NCBI RefSeq assembly: GCF_006345805.1
Contig: NC_042998.1
Span: 111,476,001-111,540,000, forward strand
Direction: 5' to 3'
Length of the DNA: 64,000 nt
Origin: Octopus sinensis
Lineage: Eukaryota
Shown here: piece by piece, positions 25,251 through 38,399 of the stretch
Layout: every line of letters starts with the position of its first letter
Numbering within the stretch: position 1 is the first letter of the stretch
Notes under the pieces: model-generated
The model's input: only the letters and a program-made list of their open reading frames with translations
What the model was told of the DNA's origin: nothing
Database searches by the model: none
Made by a program: the position numbers and the translations under genes

Positions 25251-25560
25251 ATCCGTTCTGTCTGTGTGTGTGTCTTCTAGGATCTCGGGCATCTTCCATC
25301 CGATTGCGCTCAGATTTGATATGTAGATACCGACGGTATCAGGGCGTGTATAAGTCTTGAAAAAATTACAAAAATCGATTCTTTGGAATAGAAAAAAGTC
25401 TATCTTTATTTCTTCTTTTGCTGGCGTCTCAAATCTAGGTAAAATCAGTGTTTCCTAAAGGGGAGGCCTATGGGACGGTCGGACAAGTTGTTTTGAGAAA
25501 ATTTGGTTTAAATGTTTGACAACTCAGAACCGTCCATTGGACGGGGAGCGTTTTGCTCGT
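25243..25560 (+). mobile_element. Non-autonomous Helitron-like element H1
   Basis: Starts in TATATA followed by short GTCT/GT repeat; ends with hairpin CCGTCCATTGGACGG and CTCGT; shares body and 3' end with 49229-49653. Confidence 0.65.
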
Positions 25561-25565
25561 AAAAT

Positions 25566-25762
25566 GTGACCCCGTGTGTACTGTTGATGATTTTTTTCCC
25601 CTGTCTTCCCTTCTCTGAATCTTTCCTTCTCCTATGTTTCCGACGAAGAGCTCCGCTCAAAACGTTAAACCCTCCTTCTTTCCTTCTTTCCTGAGCGTCC
25701 AATAATACTATATTTGTTCCACGTCCTCGCGTTGTTGTGTTTTTTTTGCTTTCATTTTGGAT

Positions 25763-25770
<8 letters not shown>
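25566..25770 (+). mobile_element. Penelope-like pLTR family P1, second copy, hammerhead core mutated
   Basis: Highly similar to 2580-2790; core reads CCGACGA...AAAA instead of CTGACGA...GAAA; stem I GTTT/AAAC intact. Confidence 0.75.
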
Positions 25771-25842
<72 letters not shown>

Positions 25843-26670
25843 ATATATTATATATATATACAGAGAGAGAGAGAGAGAAGGACAGGGACAGACAAACAGA
25901 CAGACGCATATTCATGCATATTTTTATGAATGCTATGTACTATGTCCATGAATGCATGCAATATTTATCTATGAGTGGATTCACACAACCTGTCTCCATA
26001 GAAAACTACTTTACTAACTAATCTACAATTCCATTATACATCATTCAATGATCCTAATTGACTTTCAAGCAAAAGTACTTAAATTCATCTTCAATAATAG
26101 GATTTTTCTCATTCTTATTCCTATAAGTAACAAAATTAATATTCTAAGGTAAAGACTGACCAAAGAACCTAATGCAATTAAATCACTGCTTTTACGACCA
26201 ACATTCTTTGTTGTCCAAATTAATGTACGAACCAACTCCATAAAAAATACACAAGCACTTGCTTTTACATGTAAAACTCTCTGAGAAAATAGAGACAAGA
26301 TTTCTAGCAGCTGTATCTTACAAAATCCAAACACGCGATGCCATATCCACCACATGTAAACACAACGGCCATTTTCTAAATTCGTTTATTGTTTGGCGAT
26401 TCGCAGCCTGAGATGAAATCATTAACCTCTGTGAAACTTTCATCCTACCAATTTTCACTATAAAACTTTACTCTAAAAACTGGAATCAGTTAGTAATAGA
26501 AGGACATTCAGTGAATGTAAGCTACTCATTACATCAAGCAGAGAGCATTATGAATTTATTTTACTGAGATACTCTTACAGGAAAGAGGAATCAGTTTTCG
26601 TGGAAGTAACAGAACTGACCGTACCACAGTCACTTATTATTAAACAAATTTACATATATATGCGTGCATG

Positions 26671-26736
<66 letters not shown>

Positions 26737-27468
26737 CATGCATACACACACACACATGAACTTACATGTAGATAGATAGATATATAGATACATACATACA
26801 TACATACATACACATAATATATATGGTCGCTTACAATGAATATTCATAAAATTCTGGTCTAACCTAACGCAAACAATGCAAAACAGAAATAACTCATAAG
26901 TCATACATAAATATCAATCAAATAATGTATAAAATATACATAAACATTCACGAAAATTGTGTATAAGACACACACACACAAGTAACAATAAACTAGTTGC
27001 GCTGTATGTAGCTGCTACCAATTTAGGAATCTACAATATAATATATTTCATGCGTGTTATTCACCGGATGCTGCATTGCAATCTTATGTCGAAGTTCTTG
27101 CATTAGGTTTTAAGATGAGAGATTTCGTTTGCGAACACATGACAAGACAATCAGATTATAAGACGACGCAACCACGAAAGATCAGTGACACTTGTTAGAA
27201 TATTCTGCTTCTCATATCATTCCTTGGCCAGCGTGAGAAGCTACACAACTTGGGAATTATTTATCTGTATATCTGTGTTTTTAGTGGAGAATATTACATT
27301 AGCCAGAACATCTCTTAGAGTAGTAAGCTTAATTAGTTAAGTTTGCCAGTCAGCATCAGCGTGCTAAAATGTCATGGGATCCGTTCATGAATTGTTATAT
27401 TTAATAAACGAATTGAAATACGAAAGCAAGCATACAATTATATATCTTATGTATGTATATATGTAAGT

Positions 27469-27538
<70 letters not shown>

Positions 27539-27785
27539 CATACTTACGGGCATGAATACAAACGTATACAAATATAGATATATAAATAGAGACAACCATA
27601 CATACAGACACAAAAATGCGTGTGTTTGTGGGTGTATGTGGGTATGTGTGTACCAACAGCTTCAATCTGTGTACATGTGCATTGCATGGATTCAAATTCA
27701 GGATTTGGTGAATCATGACCCCTTCGCTATGTCTAAATACATACATACGTACATGCATACATACATATATAATACATATATATAT

Positions 27786-27854
<69 letters not shown>

Positions 27855-27882
27855 ATATATATATATATACACACATATATAT

Positions 27883-28111
27883 TTCTTTACTACCCACAAG
27901 GGGCTAAACACAGAGGGGACAAACAAGGACAGACAAACGGATTAAGTCGATTACATCGACCCCAGTGCGTAACTGATACTTAATTTATCGACCCCGAAAG
28001 GATGAAAGGCAAAGTCGACCAGGGCGGAATTTGAACTCAGAACGTAACGGCAGACGAAATATCGCTAAGCATTTCGCCCGGCGTGCTAACGTTTCTGCCA
28101 GCTCGCCGCCT
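27883..28111 (-). mobile_element. SINE family B, full length
   Basis: Head GGCGGCGAGCTGGCAGAAACGTTAGCACGCCGGGCG, GAGTTCAAATTCC B box, core GTCGACTTTGCCTTTCATCCTTTCGGGGTCGATAAATTAAGTA (resembles the Meta-type SINE domain, from memory). Confidence 0.92.
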
Positions 28112-28685
28112 TATATGTACATATATACATATATATTATATGTATTTAAACAAATTCGCACACATATATACACTTAGACACACACACACACACACATGGT
28201 TGTATGTATGTGTTCACGACCATACATATTCATATATACATAACTATTTCGCTAAATCTGAGGTTAAATAAGTATGTGTGTGTGAGTGTGTATGTGTGTG
28301 TGTGCGTGTGTGTATGTTTGTGTGTGCGAATATTTTCGTGAGCAAACATTTACTAACAAGTTTATATTTCTTCCATTAGAAAATATATACAGAATACACA
28401 CGTAGAGATGGGGAGATATAAATATGTAATCAATAAATTGAACATAATTCTTATATGTCAGTATTTTTTCTCGTTTTTGTTGTTTTTGTTTTTTTTCCAG
28501 GCGAATGTAAGTTGATACTAATGTAATGATTATTAAGTGCTAACGCTTTCTCGCTAACTATACAGCTTTCTACCAATCTATTTACATTCCTACTCTTCTT
28601 TTATCATTTTATTTCCTCATACAGACACACAAACACACACACAAACACACACACACACACAAATGCGCACGCATATATATATATA

Positions 28686-28898
28686 TTTCTTTACTACCCA
28701 CAACGGGCTAAACATAGCGGGGACAAACAACGACAGAAAAAGGGATTAAGTCGATTACATCTGGTACTTAATTTATCGACCCCGAAATGATGAGAGGCAA
28801 AGTCGACCTCGGCGGAATTTGAACTCGGAACGTAACGACCGACGAAATACCGCTACGAATTTCGCCCGGTGTGCTAACGTTTCTACCAGCTCGCCGCC
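28686..28898 (-). mobile_element. SINE family B, full length
   Basis: Collinear with 27883-28111, with a small deletion. Confidence 0.92.
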
Positions 28899-28899
28899 C

Positions 28900-28974
<75 letters not shown>

Positions 28975-28986
28975 CGTGTGTGTGTA

Positions 28987-29033
<47 letters not shown>

Positions 29034-29430
29034 AATAAAATGAAGTTTACAGGGACTCCAAAGTTTCGCCTAGCTGCTTGTTCATTTGATATTCGGACTT
29101 AAAGTGACATTTGAAACGGAAATTCTGGTTTCGTCTTAGATACCGGTACATATAATACATATGCGCACAAACATAGACGCCCACAAGTCCTGACCAGCAG
29201 GATCTTCACAGTAAATCTTACTCTACTCTCAAATTATCAGTTAATGACCGTTTGCTTTAAAATTATAACGTTACTAGCATTATGACCCGTCGTTGCCGGG
29301 TCATAGTGCTAGTGCATGTATATATGTGTATATATATGTGTACATATTACATGTACATCTATATATATACATCTACACATAAAATACAAAATACAAAGTT
29401 ATATCTTGATATCGCTAGTGATAACAATAC

Positions 29431-29885
29431 TCAAAATATACAACAGACTGGAATTGTAGGCCCGTCTGTTGCAATTTCGAGCAATTGTATCTTGTCCCCC
29501 CTCTTGTATAGAAGTGTGGCTACAATCCAGCCTACCTCTACTTCTGGGGGGACATTTTTAATTTTTATCCGGGACGTCCTACGTCCCAGATATAACGGTA
29601 AAAATAAAATATTTCCACTTTGCATGTTTCGAGTCGAGTACTCCCTTACACGCTCCGTTGACTTGAACCCTGCTTCTCTTTCATAGTCGCATCAAGACAC
29701 TTTTCGATGGTGCTTTCCTCCAAGTGTTCAAATCTTTTTTTCTCTACATTGTATTCTTTATAGACAATAGTCTTTTCTTTAATTTAATTTTTTATTTCGT
29801 TTGGCGGTGTTATCCTAGATTCACCGTCTTTATCGGTGATCAATCCGAAATAGGTTTGTATTTCTTCCATTTTAATTTTAATGAG
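29431..29885 (-). pseudogene. Disrupted gag/ORF1-like fragment, probably L1/Tx1-type LINE
   Basis: MEEIQTYFGL...*IKEKTIVYKEYNVEKKRFEHL..., frameshift, then LFLPLYLGRRTSRIKIKNVPPEVEVGWIVATLL (RRM-like I.I.NVP). Family assignment is inference. Confidence 0.45.
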
Positions 29886-30616
29886 TTCGCCGCCCGCCGT
29901 CGGCTGCAGCGAAATTCATTTTTGGACTTTCTTCTATCGAAGGCATTCTAACAAAAATGCATCCCTATAAACGGTGCAAATATTGTCAATTTCCCCAAAC
30001 AGGGACATAATTCAATTCTTAAGCAATGACCAAAGCTCCTTCTCCCAAAGGGGGGGGGTACAGTTTACAATTATTTAGCAAATGCAACTCAACAACGTTT
30101 CCCTTACCAAGTAATAATAATAACAACAAACCTTGCGGTGAATCAAAAAGCAGTTCGCAGTTGAAGCTATAGCCCTTTATGTATAAGAAATAAGCCAACA
30201 GCAGTACTCAGTAGAAGCGGCTGTTCGAGAAAACAGACATTGCATACAGCCAAACTTCACATAGATACTTAATGCTAGCTAATTAGCAAATAATCTAATG
30301 TAAAAGCCGTGGTAAACAGTATGTGCACAGCTCCATCTGGACTATTCCATTTCTGCACACTAATTTTATTTTTAATTTATTCCCATTCATGTGAAACCAC
30401 TTATTCAAGTTTAAGCCATTGATGCAATTTTATACCAATTGCTATTTTTACTTTTGTTATGCTACGATTATATTATACTTTAGTTTGATTTTAATTATTA
30501 CTTACTACATAATATTCGATTGTTATTATTATCTCTAATTTTTATTGTTAAAGTGAAAGTATCTGACATAAAATAGAGAAATATTTTTGTTTCACTTTTA
30601 ACACGTAATACTGAAA

Positions 30617-30906
30617 TAGTGGAGAAGATATGATATTGCTATGGGTTCGCCCTAGGCAAAAAGTTGAACTTTTTTTGCCCATGAAACTACATGGACCCTA
30701 AGTAAGGCATGTGTAAAATTTGAATGAAATTGGCTGTGTAGTTCTCAAGTTTTAGGGAATCGTAGTGGAGAAGATATGATATTGCTGTGGGCTCGCCTTA
30801 GGCAAAAAGTTGAACATTTGTTGCCGATGACACTCCCCGGACCCTAAGTAAGGCATGTGTAAAATTTGAATGAAATTGGTTGTGTAGTTCTCAGGTTTTA
30901 GGGAAA
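30617..30906 (+). repeat. Two tandem ~146-bp units
   Basis: TAGTGGAGAAGATATGATATTGCT starts at 30617 and again at 30763. Confidence 0.95.
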
Positions 30907-30999
30907 CAGACAGACAGACAGACAGACACACACATTCTCAGTTTTATAGATATAGAGATTATATAACATACATGATTGTGTAATATGAAATTTGCTTTA

Positions 31000-31205
31000 A
31001 GGCGGCAAGCTGGCAGAAACATTAACACGCCGGTCGAAATAGCGGTATTTCGTTTGTCTTTACGTTCTGAGTTCAAATTCCGCCGAGGTCGACTTTGCCT
31101 CTCATCCTTTCGGGGTCGATAAATTAAGTATCAGTTGTATACTGGGGTCGATCTAATCGGCTAGTCCCTCCCCCAAAATTTCGGGCCTTGTGCCTAGAGA
31201 AGTAA
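31000..31205 (+). mobile_element. SINE family B
   Basis: GGCGGCAAGCTGGCAGAAAC head and CATCCTTTCGGGGTCGATAAATTAAGTA core. Confidence 0.9.
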
Positions 31206-31214
31206 AGAATATGA

Positions 31215-31578
31215 AGTTTACTTCCAAACACATGGTTTCGAATTGGGCTGGTGCTTCTACAATAGCTTCGCGCTGACACAAGACCTGTGAGTGGATTTGA
31301 CAGATGGAAATTGAAAGAATCCCGTTGTATACGTAAGTGTGTGCGCGCGCGCATGTGCATGCTTGTGTCTTTGTATCTATGTTTGACTCACATTATCGCT
31401 TGACACTTGGTGTTTACGTTCTCATAACTCAGCCATTCGGCAAAATAGACCTATAAAATATATCTCTAGCTGAAAAGAAAGAACATAAGTGCTGAAATCG
31501 ATTCATTCAACTAAAATTTCATGAAGGTGACGCACCAGCATAGCCACATTTTAATCATTGAAACAGCTAAAAGAATAT
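31215..31578 (+). mobile_element. SINE family A, diverged
   Basis: TGTGAGTGGATTTG, CGGCAAAATAGACC, tail CCAGCATAGCCAC...TGAAACAG. Confidence 0.75.
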
Positions 31579-31589
31579 ATACATATACA

Positions 31590-32075
31590 GCAAGTGAAAC
31601 AAAGAAACAAAGTGGTTAATCTATTGAGTTAACGGTTCCTCGTGAAGATAACATGGATGCTGCTCGGGCTCGAAGGATTGACCCTTATGAAAACCTCCTC
31701 GAGGAATATGAAGATGCAGGCTAGAAAGTAGCGCATTTTCCAATCGAAGTCGGATGTACAGTATTCGTTGGATACAGCGTGAGGCGACTATTGTTGTAGC
31801 TAGTTCTAATTCATCGTAAAACAAATACTACCATGAGAGATATCTAGATTGCAGTGGAAAATGGAAGCCACTGGATTTGGTTCAAAAGAGACAATAAGCA
31901 ATGGCGAGAAAAATATTGAGCGAAACCTAAAACAGTTGATCTAGCAAACGGGGCCTCATTTCAAAAGGGGCTCGGTGCACAATGATGCCATTGAGAGGAA
32001 GGCTCCGAAACGGCGCACATTCTCTCCTGATGACCTCATAAAATTGCTAGCATCCGATATGCAATTTGTTTGAAT
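31590..32075 (+). mobile_element. HERO-clade RLE retrotransposon 3' fragment
   Basis: IELTVPREDNMDAARAR...HFPIEVGC..FVG and AVENGSHWIWFKRD match the HERO C-terminal pattern (ELTVPWE / PVEVGCRGF / S.W.W.KR); 3' UTR repeated at 56791. Confidence 0.8.
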
Positions 32076-33658
32076 TATATATATATATATACATATATAG
32101 CAACACACGCATACATACATACATACATACATACATACATACATACATACATACATGCATGCATACATACACACATACATACACAAATACATACATACGC
32201 ACACCTGCACATACATACACACACACATACATACATACACGCAAAGGCTAACACGCACAATGTTAATACAATCTGTAAGATTGTATCTTGTTAGAAAGCA
32301 GCTCCTTCTAAGCTGGAAAACTGCAAATAATTAAAAATAGAAGCGAATTTTCATACACACATACACGTGTTTGTTTTTGTGTGTGTTTGAGTGTGTATCT
32401 GTGACTGTGTGTGTGTGTCTGGGTGTGTGACTATGTGCGTGTGTGTGTGTTTCTGTTTGTCTGTCTGTGTCGTTGTATGTCTGTGTGCGTGTGTGTGTAT
32501 GTATGTATGTCCACGAATACTTAAACATATGTTTCTGTTTGTTCGTACTAATTAGGAGGGAAATCGAAGTTTTAAAAAATCACCTCCAAATAAGGGGTCG
32601 TCTGGAAAACCATGTAAGACAAGCAAAACATTTAGAAATTAAAGAATCACGACGAAGTTTCTTGCTGAAAATCGATATATTTACCATGTTCCTACCACTA
32701 TTTTCTGTTGTTTTTTTATTTTGTTTGTATTTTTTAGTATAAACTTGTGTTATATAATCTGTTATGGAAGCTCAATTAATAAAATTTTTAAATTATCTAA
32801 CATACCATGAGCTAACAACAGCTGCAAACTTAAAGTCATATACCAATCGTCTTTTGCAACAGCTGATGAACAGTAAAAATCTATTGATTAATATAAATAA
32901 TTACCAATGTTTTCTTAGTATTGGATTGAATATCGTTGTCCGGGTCATTAGAATAATTATTAAATTATTATTGGCAAAGAAAGCTATAGATAATAGCCGG
33001 ATCCCAATCCTTATTGCCAGATAAAATTATTTGTAACCATTTGGCATTAGTTTTGTGTTTGATTCAAAGCATATTAAAACATACAAACAGCACGTCCGTC
33101 CTTCTTGTGAAGAATTCTCACAAACTGAATTAAAACCAAACTTGCTATCTATTGTTTTTGCTCTGTTTTGTTTTATATATATTTTTTTAATATTATGGAG
33201 TAGTTATGCGGCGAGTATACTCCAAAACCTTCCCTCATATACTGAACACACACGCTCACTCAAACCACACACACACACCACACACAAATACAGACTCATG
33301 TATAGATAATACATACATGCCTTCATATATACATAAAACTTTCATATCTTCATATATATACACAGGCCTGAGAACAAGGGGTGTGCAGGTGGTGTACTTA
33401 CACCCCTAAATTTTCTGGAATTACAAAATTCATTATTGCACTCTCTACTTACCATTCTTAGGCTTAGAAAATAGTGTTTAAAGATTGATCTGTAAAAAGT
33501 TGCTTGAAGTAAGGTTGCTTCACAAAATAAAATCAAAGAGCAAAAGAAAATAGAAAGAACACACGCACACACACACACACACACACATACACACAAATTT
33601 CCTAGAAAGATATATTACTGACCTAAAGCTTCCTCAACATCAAAATTATACATCTTGA

Positions 33659-33689
<31 letters not shown>

Positions 33690-33703
33690 CGTATGCGTGT
33701 ATG

Positions 33704-33734
<31 letters not shown>

Positions 33735-34959
33735 CTGTCTGTCTGTCTGTCCGTCTGTCTGTCTGTCTGTATGTCCGTGTGTGTATAAACAACCACGGCT
33801 ACTTCTCATTACTAGCACAATTGATGAACTATTAAACTCCACAATCAAGAGCCTTTCACAGTTCCGCTACCCACTTGCTCATTTCCTCGGAATACCACAA
33901 CTGACATATCATCATCATTATCATCATGTTCTACTGTTACTACCCTTATCATAACTAAACAGTAGCAACAACAACAAGATCACCATCGAAAGTCACTCTT
34001 CAGTACTGGAACAATTGATGACATTTTAAACTACACAAACAAGAGACCTCCACAGTCAAGCTATCCCCTTCCTCATTTCCTCTGAATACCATAACTGGCC
34101 TCTCATCATCATTACCTTCATTAAACAGCCAGGTACTCAAATTCTTCTGAGAATGACACAAGAGATATATCATCACAATTGTCACCTTATTCTACTGCTA
34201 CTACCAATACCACTACTGCTCCAATTAGTAAAGAATCACTCCCCTTCACACAGACCACCACCACTGTCCGCCTGAATCTGAATGTATACCTGACAGCTCC
34301 ATGGTGAATCTGCCAACTGTAAATAAAATTAGATTATGAACACACGAAACCCCAAAGTATGGGGTTATTCTCAACGCGAGAAACTATGCATACGCAGCAA
34401 CTGTTACTTCACCCATTTACCTGGGACAAGACGCACAATTTAAACAAGCTATACCAGCCAACGCTAAACTACACATATTATAATCACCACCACCATTAAA
34501 CGCTAAATCACACTTAATAACTTCTACACCTGTAACCCGGAATCCCAAAATCTGTTGATATTCCCAACACAAAAGATTATGTCTGATGTGTGACTGCCTC
34601 TTCACTCATCTTCTAGGGACCCGATGCATTAGCAAAAGCATGACAACAAACCACTACCAAATCCACAGTAGAAACATCCCTGACAGTAGCATGGTGGTCC
34701 TAACTTTCATCGAAACCCAGAAGCCACAACCGCAAACAGTATAACTATAACCATATTCAACAGTGCAACCATACCAACTCCAGACAACAACCCCGCCCAA
34801 AGCAAGAAATTTCTTTTAAAGCGATGATGAATCTGGCAAAAGAAATATAAAAAAGAAAAACTTCTAGCTCTCACACAGCACCAACCACTGCTATTACCCC
34901 AGTGCACAATCACACCATTGCTGTCATTAACTGACAGACTCAACTCAATAATAATGCCG

Positions 34960-37310
34960 AATGTACGAGGCCTTTCACACTTCTCAAATAAAACAAAAGT
35001 ATATCTTAGAGACCTTGCGCAGGGAGAAAGATCTTGTACAGTGAAAAAGTGCAATACGTGTAGCACTAAATGAAACACACCTGACCCCAGACATATTGGA
35101 TGCAGAAGTACATATGCCAGGTTATGCACTGCTCGGAACTGACAGAGAATACGGAAACAAAGAGAAATAGCGATTTTCATCCAAAGAAGACCAGGCAATA
35201 GTGGTCCTCCTCTCCTACTCCAACACAGTGTGCGATACACTAATAATGTATGTGATTGACCTCAATTTGATCATAGGTATTATCTACTTCTTACTGATGC
35301 AGCTCACTATGGAGTTCACTTCAAAGAAGTTTTGTCGTTCATAATTCAAATCCCAAATGAGCTACACCCGCCGGCCAAAGTACTTTTAGCAGTGTCTTTA
35401 ATTTTCCGAGTCTCAGCTGATCTGAGGGATATATCCAACCTGATATTAAATAACTGGACAGGGGAAATATGAATGCTCTTCGTGATACCACTAAGGACTG
35501 CCTCATGCAACAAATTGTCACCCATCCAACTAGGGGAAGTAAATACTCGACCTAGTCTTTACCACCAAGACAGACATCATTCACAATGTTCTGGTCATTC
35601 CCACAGCTATTTCCGACCACAACCTCATACAATTATCAAAGAGGACAACATACACAAATAACATCATACATGACTCACTCAGCATGAACTTGAGTTTCAG
35701 GAAGGCCAAGTGGAAGGATACCGAAACTGAAATCCTCAAAACATATTGATCTCTGCGTATTGGGAACCTCAATGTTAACGAAGGAATGAAGTTCTTGTAT
35801 AAAGAGTTAATCAGTATCTGTTAAAAGCATGTCCCATATAAACTCCCCTGTTCTTGCAAGCACTTGATTCCGCTTGATAGACGGACACTAATGTGTAACA
35901 GAACCAAACCAACTAAACAACTAAAAAAACCAAACGCTCTCAACAGATGCGATTGAGAAGAAAAAGATAAAGAACATCGAACTGGACCTAAAACTATCTC
36001 ATGAAAAAGAAACTTCGCAAAGGGAACAACGAGCAGTGTAAAATATGAAATCTATTTTTAAGTTCTTTTTTCCACTTTGCTAAAGAAAAAAATTTTATGC
36101 GCCCTTTTCAAGTCTAGCCAGGCTACTAGGCCCGGTTTCCCTGTTTCGCGGTTTCTGTGGCGTATGTTTTCCCCCAGCTGGACGAAACGCCAGTCCATCG
36201 CAGCGTTACTCAAGAAACAGGAAGAAAGAGTGAGAGAAATTTGGGGCGAAAGAGTACAACAGGGGTCGCCACCACCCCCTGCCGGAGCCTCGCGGAACTT
36301 TAGGTGTTTTCGCTCAATAAACACACACAACACCCGGTCTGGGAATCGAAACCGCGATCCTCCGACCGTGAATCCGCTGCCCTAACGACTGGGCCATTGC
36401 GCCTCCACTAAGAAAAGATAACTACACAAAACCAGATTGACTTTCTAATGGATCAAAATGGATCATATAAAATGACTCATCGCAAATATGCACATTCTTG
36501 AGTTGACATTATGGTATGGCATTTTCCCAACCTGTAGTTAACAAAATAATATATGAGCCAAATGAATTCTTTGATCCCCAACTGCAGGGGTCAACTACAG
36601 GCATCTGAAAATTAACGATAATATGGAAGATGCTATACTTACAACTAATGACCTAGAATTAAACTCAGTATCTAGACCAGATGGTCTCCCTGCTAAAATC
36701 GTGCAAAAACAGTCCCGTGAAGCCATTAGAGATACTATTTCAACAGTCACTAGATACCGGCGAATTCCCAGAATTACTGAAAGACACAATATTAACACCT
36801 ATACATAAAGGAGGGTAACAGGGCTGAAGTTAAAAAGTACAGACCTGACTCTTTCACATCTCACGCATCTAAAATTATCAAACACATTGTCCGAAATAGA
36901 ATTATTACATACCTTGAGGAAAATAAACTCGTAGATGACATACAGCTTAATATTATTCTTAATAATCTTTTGAGGGGAAAGGACACTGACAATATATACT
37001 TTGATTTTGTTAAGGCATTTAACAAGATTGTTCTTGTAATCATGTGTCGTAAGTAAGGGGTCTTGGTAAAACAGGAAAACTCAGAGGATGGCTCTTTGAC
37101 TTTCTACATTGTAGGAGAAATCCGTTGCTGCAAATAGTTTTCTGTCTGCAAAGTCGCCTATAATAAGTGGTATGCCTCGGGGAACGGTTCTAGAACTATT
37201 ATTATTTATCATCGACCTGTTACAAGTGCACACATCCAAACTAACGAGTTATGCCGATGATGCAAAAATATCAATATCAATCCAAACTCCAGAAGATACT
37301 GCCACACTCT
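34960..37310 (+). mobile_element. Old degenerate CR1-group LINE (EN + RT), interrupted by a SINE
   Basis: ETHLTPDILDAEVHMPGY (EN); RPDGLPA, YLDFVKAFNK, GMPRGTVL, SYADDAK (RT). Upstream 33780-34960 may belong to it. Confidence 0.88.
36093..36408 (-). mobile_element. SINE family D (tRNA head, V-domain-like centre), nested in the LINE
   Basis: Head GGCGCAATGGCCCAGTCGTTAGGGC...GTTTCGATTCC; CTGCGATGGACTGGCGTTTCGTCCAG resembles the V-SINE domain; imperfect TSD TAA(A)GAAAA. Confidence 0.88.
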
Positions 37311-37449
37311 TTAGGGAGGTAGTGGACCGTTGAGGACTTCCAAATATCAGAATCGTACAATAAAGTGGTTTTGCTCATGATTTCGAAGGTGGTATATTTG
37401 GAAGCTGACAGTATCTAACAGTTCGTGCATCAACATTGTCTCTAATGCT

Positions 37450-37872
37450 GAAGTTTGGAACAAAACAAAAGGGCTGCTTTAGCGAATCGTAGGGGAGTGG
37501 TGTTTCATCATGATAATGTAAAAAATTACATCAGAAAACATCGATGTACTTGGATGGGCAAAACCCCTTACACATCTTATTACTTGGGCCTCATTCATTC
37601 TGATTACCATTTGTTTCGAAGTTTGCAGAATCATTTAAATGAATTAGTACTCAAAAGCCTTAAAGAGGTCGAAACTGACCTCTCTTCCTTCTACTCATCA
37701 AGACTAGAAGAGTTTTTCACCAATGGAATTTTTTAAAAAACTAATTAGTAAGTGGAAAGAAGTCATCGATAATGATGGGAATTATAAACAGGATTAAATT
37801 TAAATAAAATGTAAAATTAGATCACTTTTCTTCTTACCCCAAATTCAAAAATTGCTTATGGGATGACTTGAT
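37450..37872 (+). mobile_element. Mariner 3' fragment with right TIR
   Basis: NRRGVVFHHDNV, SDYHLFRSLQNHL; end TTATGGGATGACTTGA resembles the TIR at 24870-24889. Confidence 0.88.
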
Positions 37873-37909
37873 ATATTAGAAAGAGGGATTAACAAGTAAA
37901 ACGTGAATC

Positions 37910-38272
37910 GTAGCACTCCGTCGATTACGATGACGAGTGTTCCAGTTAATCCGATCAACGGAACAGCCTCCTCGTGAAATTAATGTGCAAGTGGCTGAGC
38001 ACTCCACAGGCACGTGTACCCTTAACGTAGTTCTCGAGGCGATTCAGCGTTACACAGAGTGTGACAAGGCTGGCCCTTTGAAATACAGGTGCAACAGAAA
38101 CAGGAAAAAGAGTGAGAAAAAGTTGTGGTTCACCACCACCCCCTACCGGAGCTTCGTGGATCTCTAAGCGTTTTCGCTCAATAAACACACACAACGCCCG
38201 GTCTGGTAATCGAAACTGCGATCCTACGACCGCGAGTTCGCTGCCCTAACCACTGGGCTATTGCGCCTCCAC
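37910..38272 (-). mobile_element. Chimeric SINE: family D head plus family C tail
   Basis: 38095-38272 matches 36215-36408; 37910-38090 matches the family C tail at 25060-25200. Confidence 0.88.
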
Positions 38273-38399
38273 GAAACATGTAATTTATAATTCAAACATA
38301 ATTGCAGAGTAATTATAGTAAATAAAGGATTAAGAAATAATGCGTAAACTTCCTTACGGTTGTTTCTAGAATCTCCAAGCATGTAGATCATATATCATT

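Larger units (their letters stand above)
29273..30959 (+). mobile_element. Non-autonomous Helitron-like (Lep1/DINE-type) element with cargo and 146-bp tandem repeat
   Basis: 5' ACTAGC...GACCCGTCGTTGCCGGGTC hairpin; 3' (GACA)n then TTTTATAGATATAGAGAT; same architecture as 49980-50355. Confidence 0.7.

Noticed and set aside
26065-26560. Possible L1/Tx1 C-terminal remnant on the minus strand
   Set aside because: Only faint motifs (FTECPSI, LIWTTKN); too decayed to support.
32003-32036. GAAAC...CTGATGA as a type-II hammerhead (also at 56805)
   Set aside because: Bases after CTGATGA (CCTC/CCCC) cannot pair with those before GAAA (CTCC/CCCC), and there is no stem III or NUH site.
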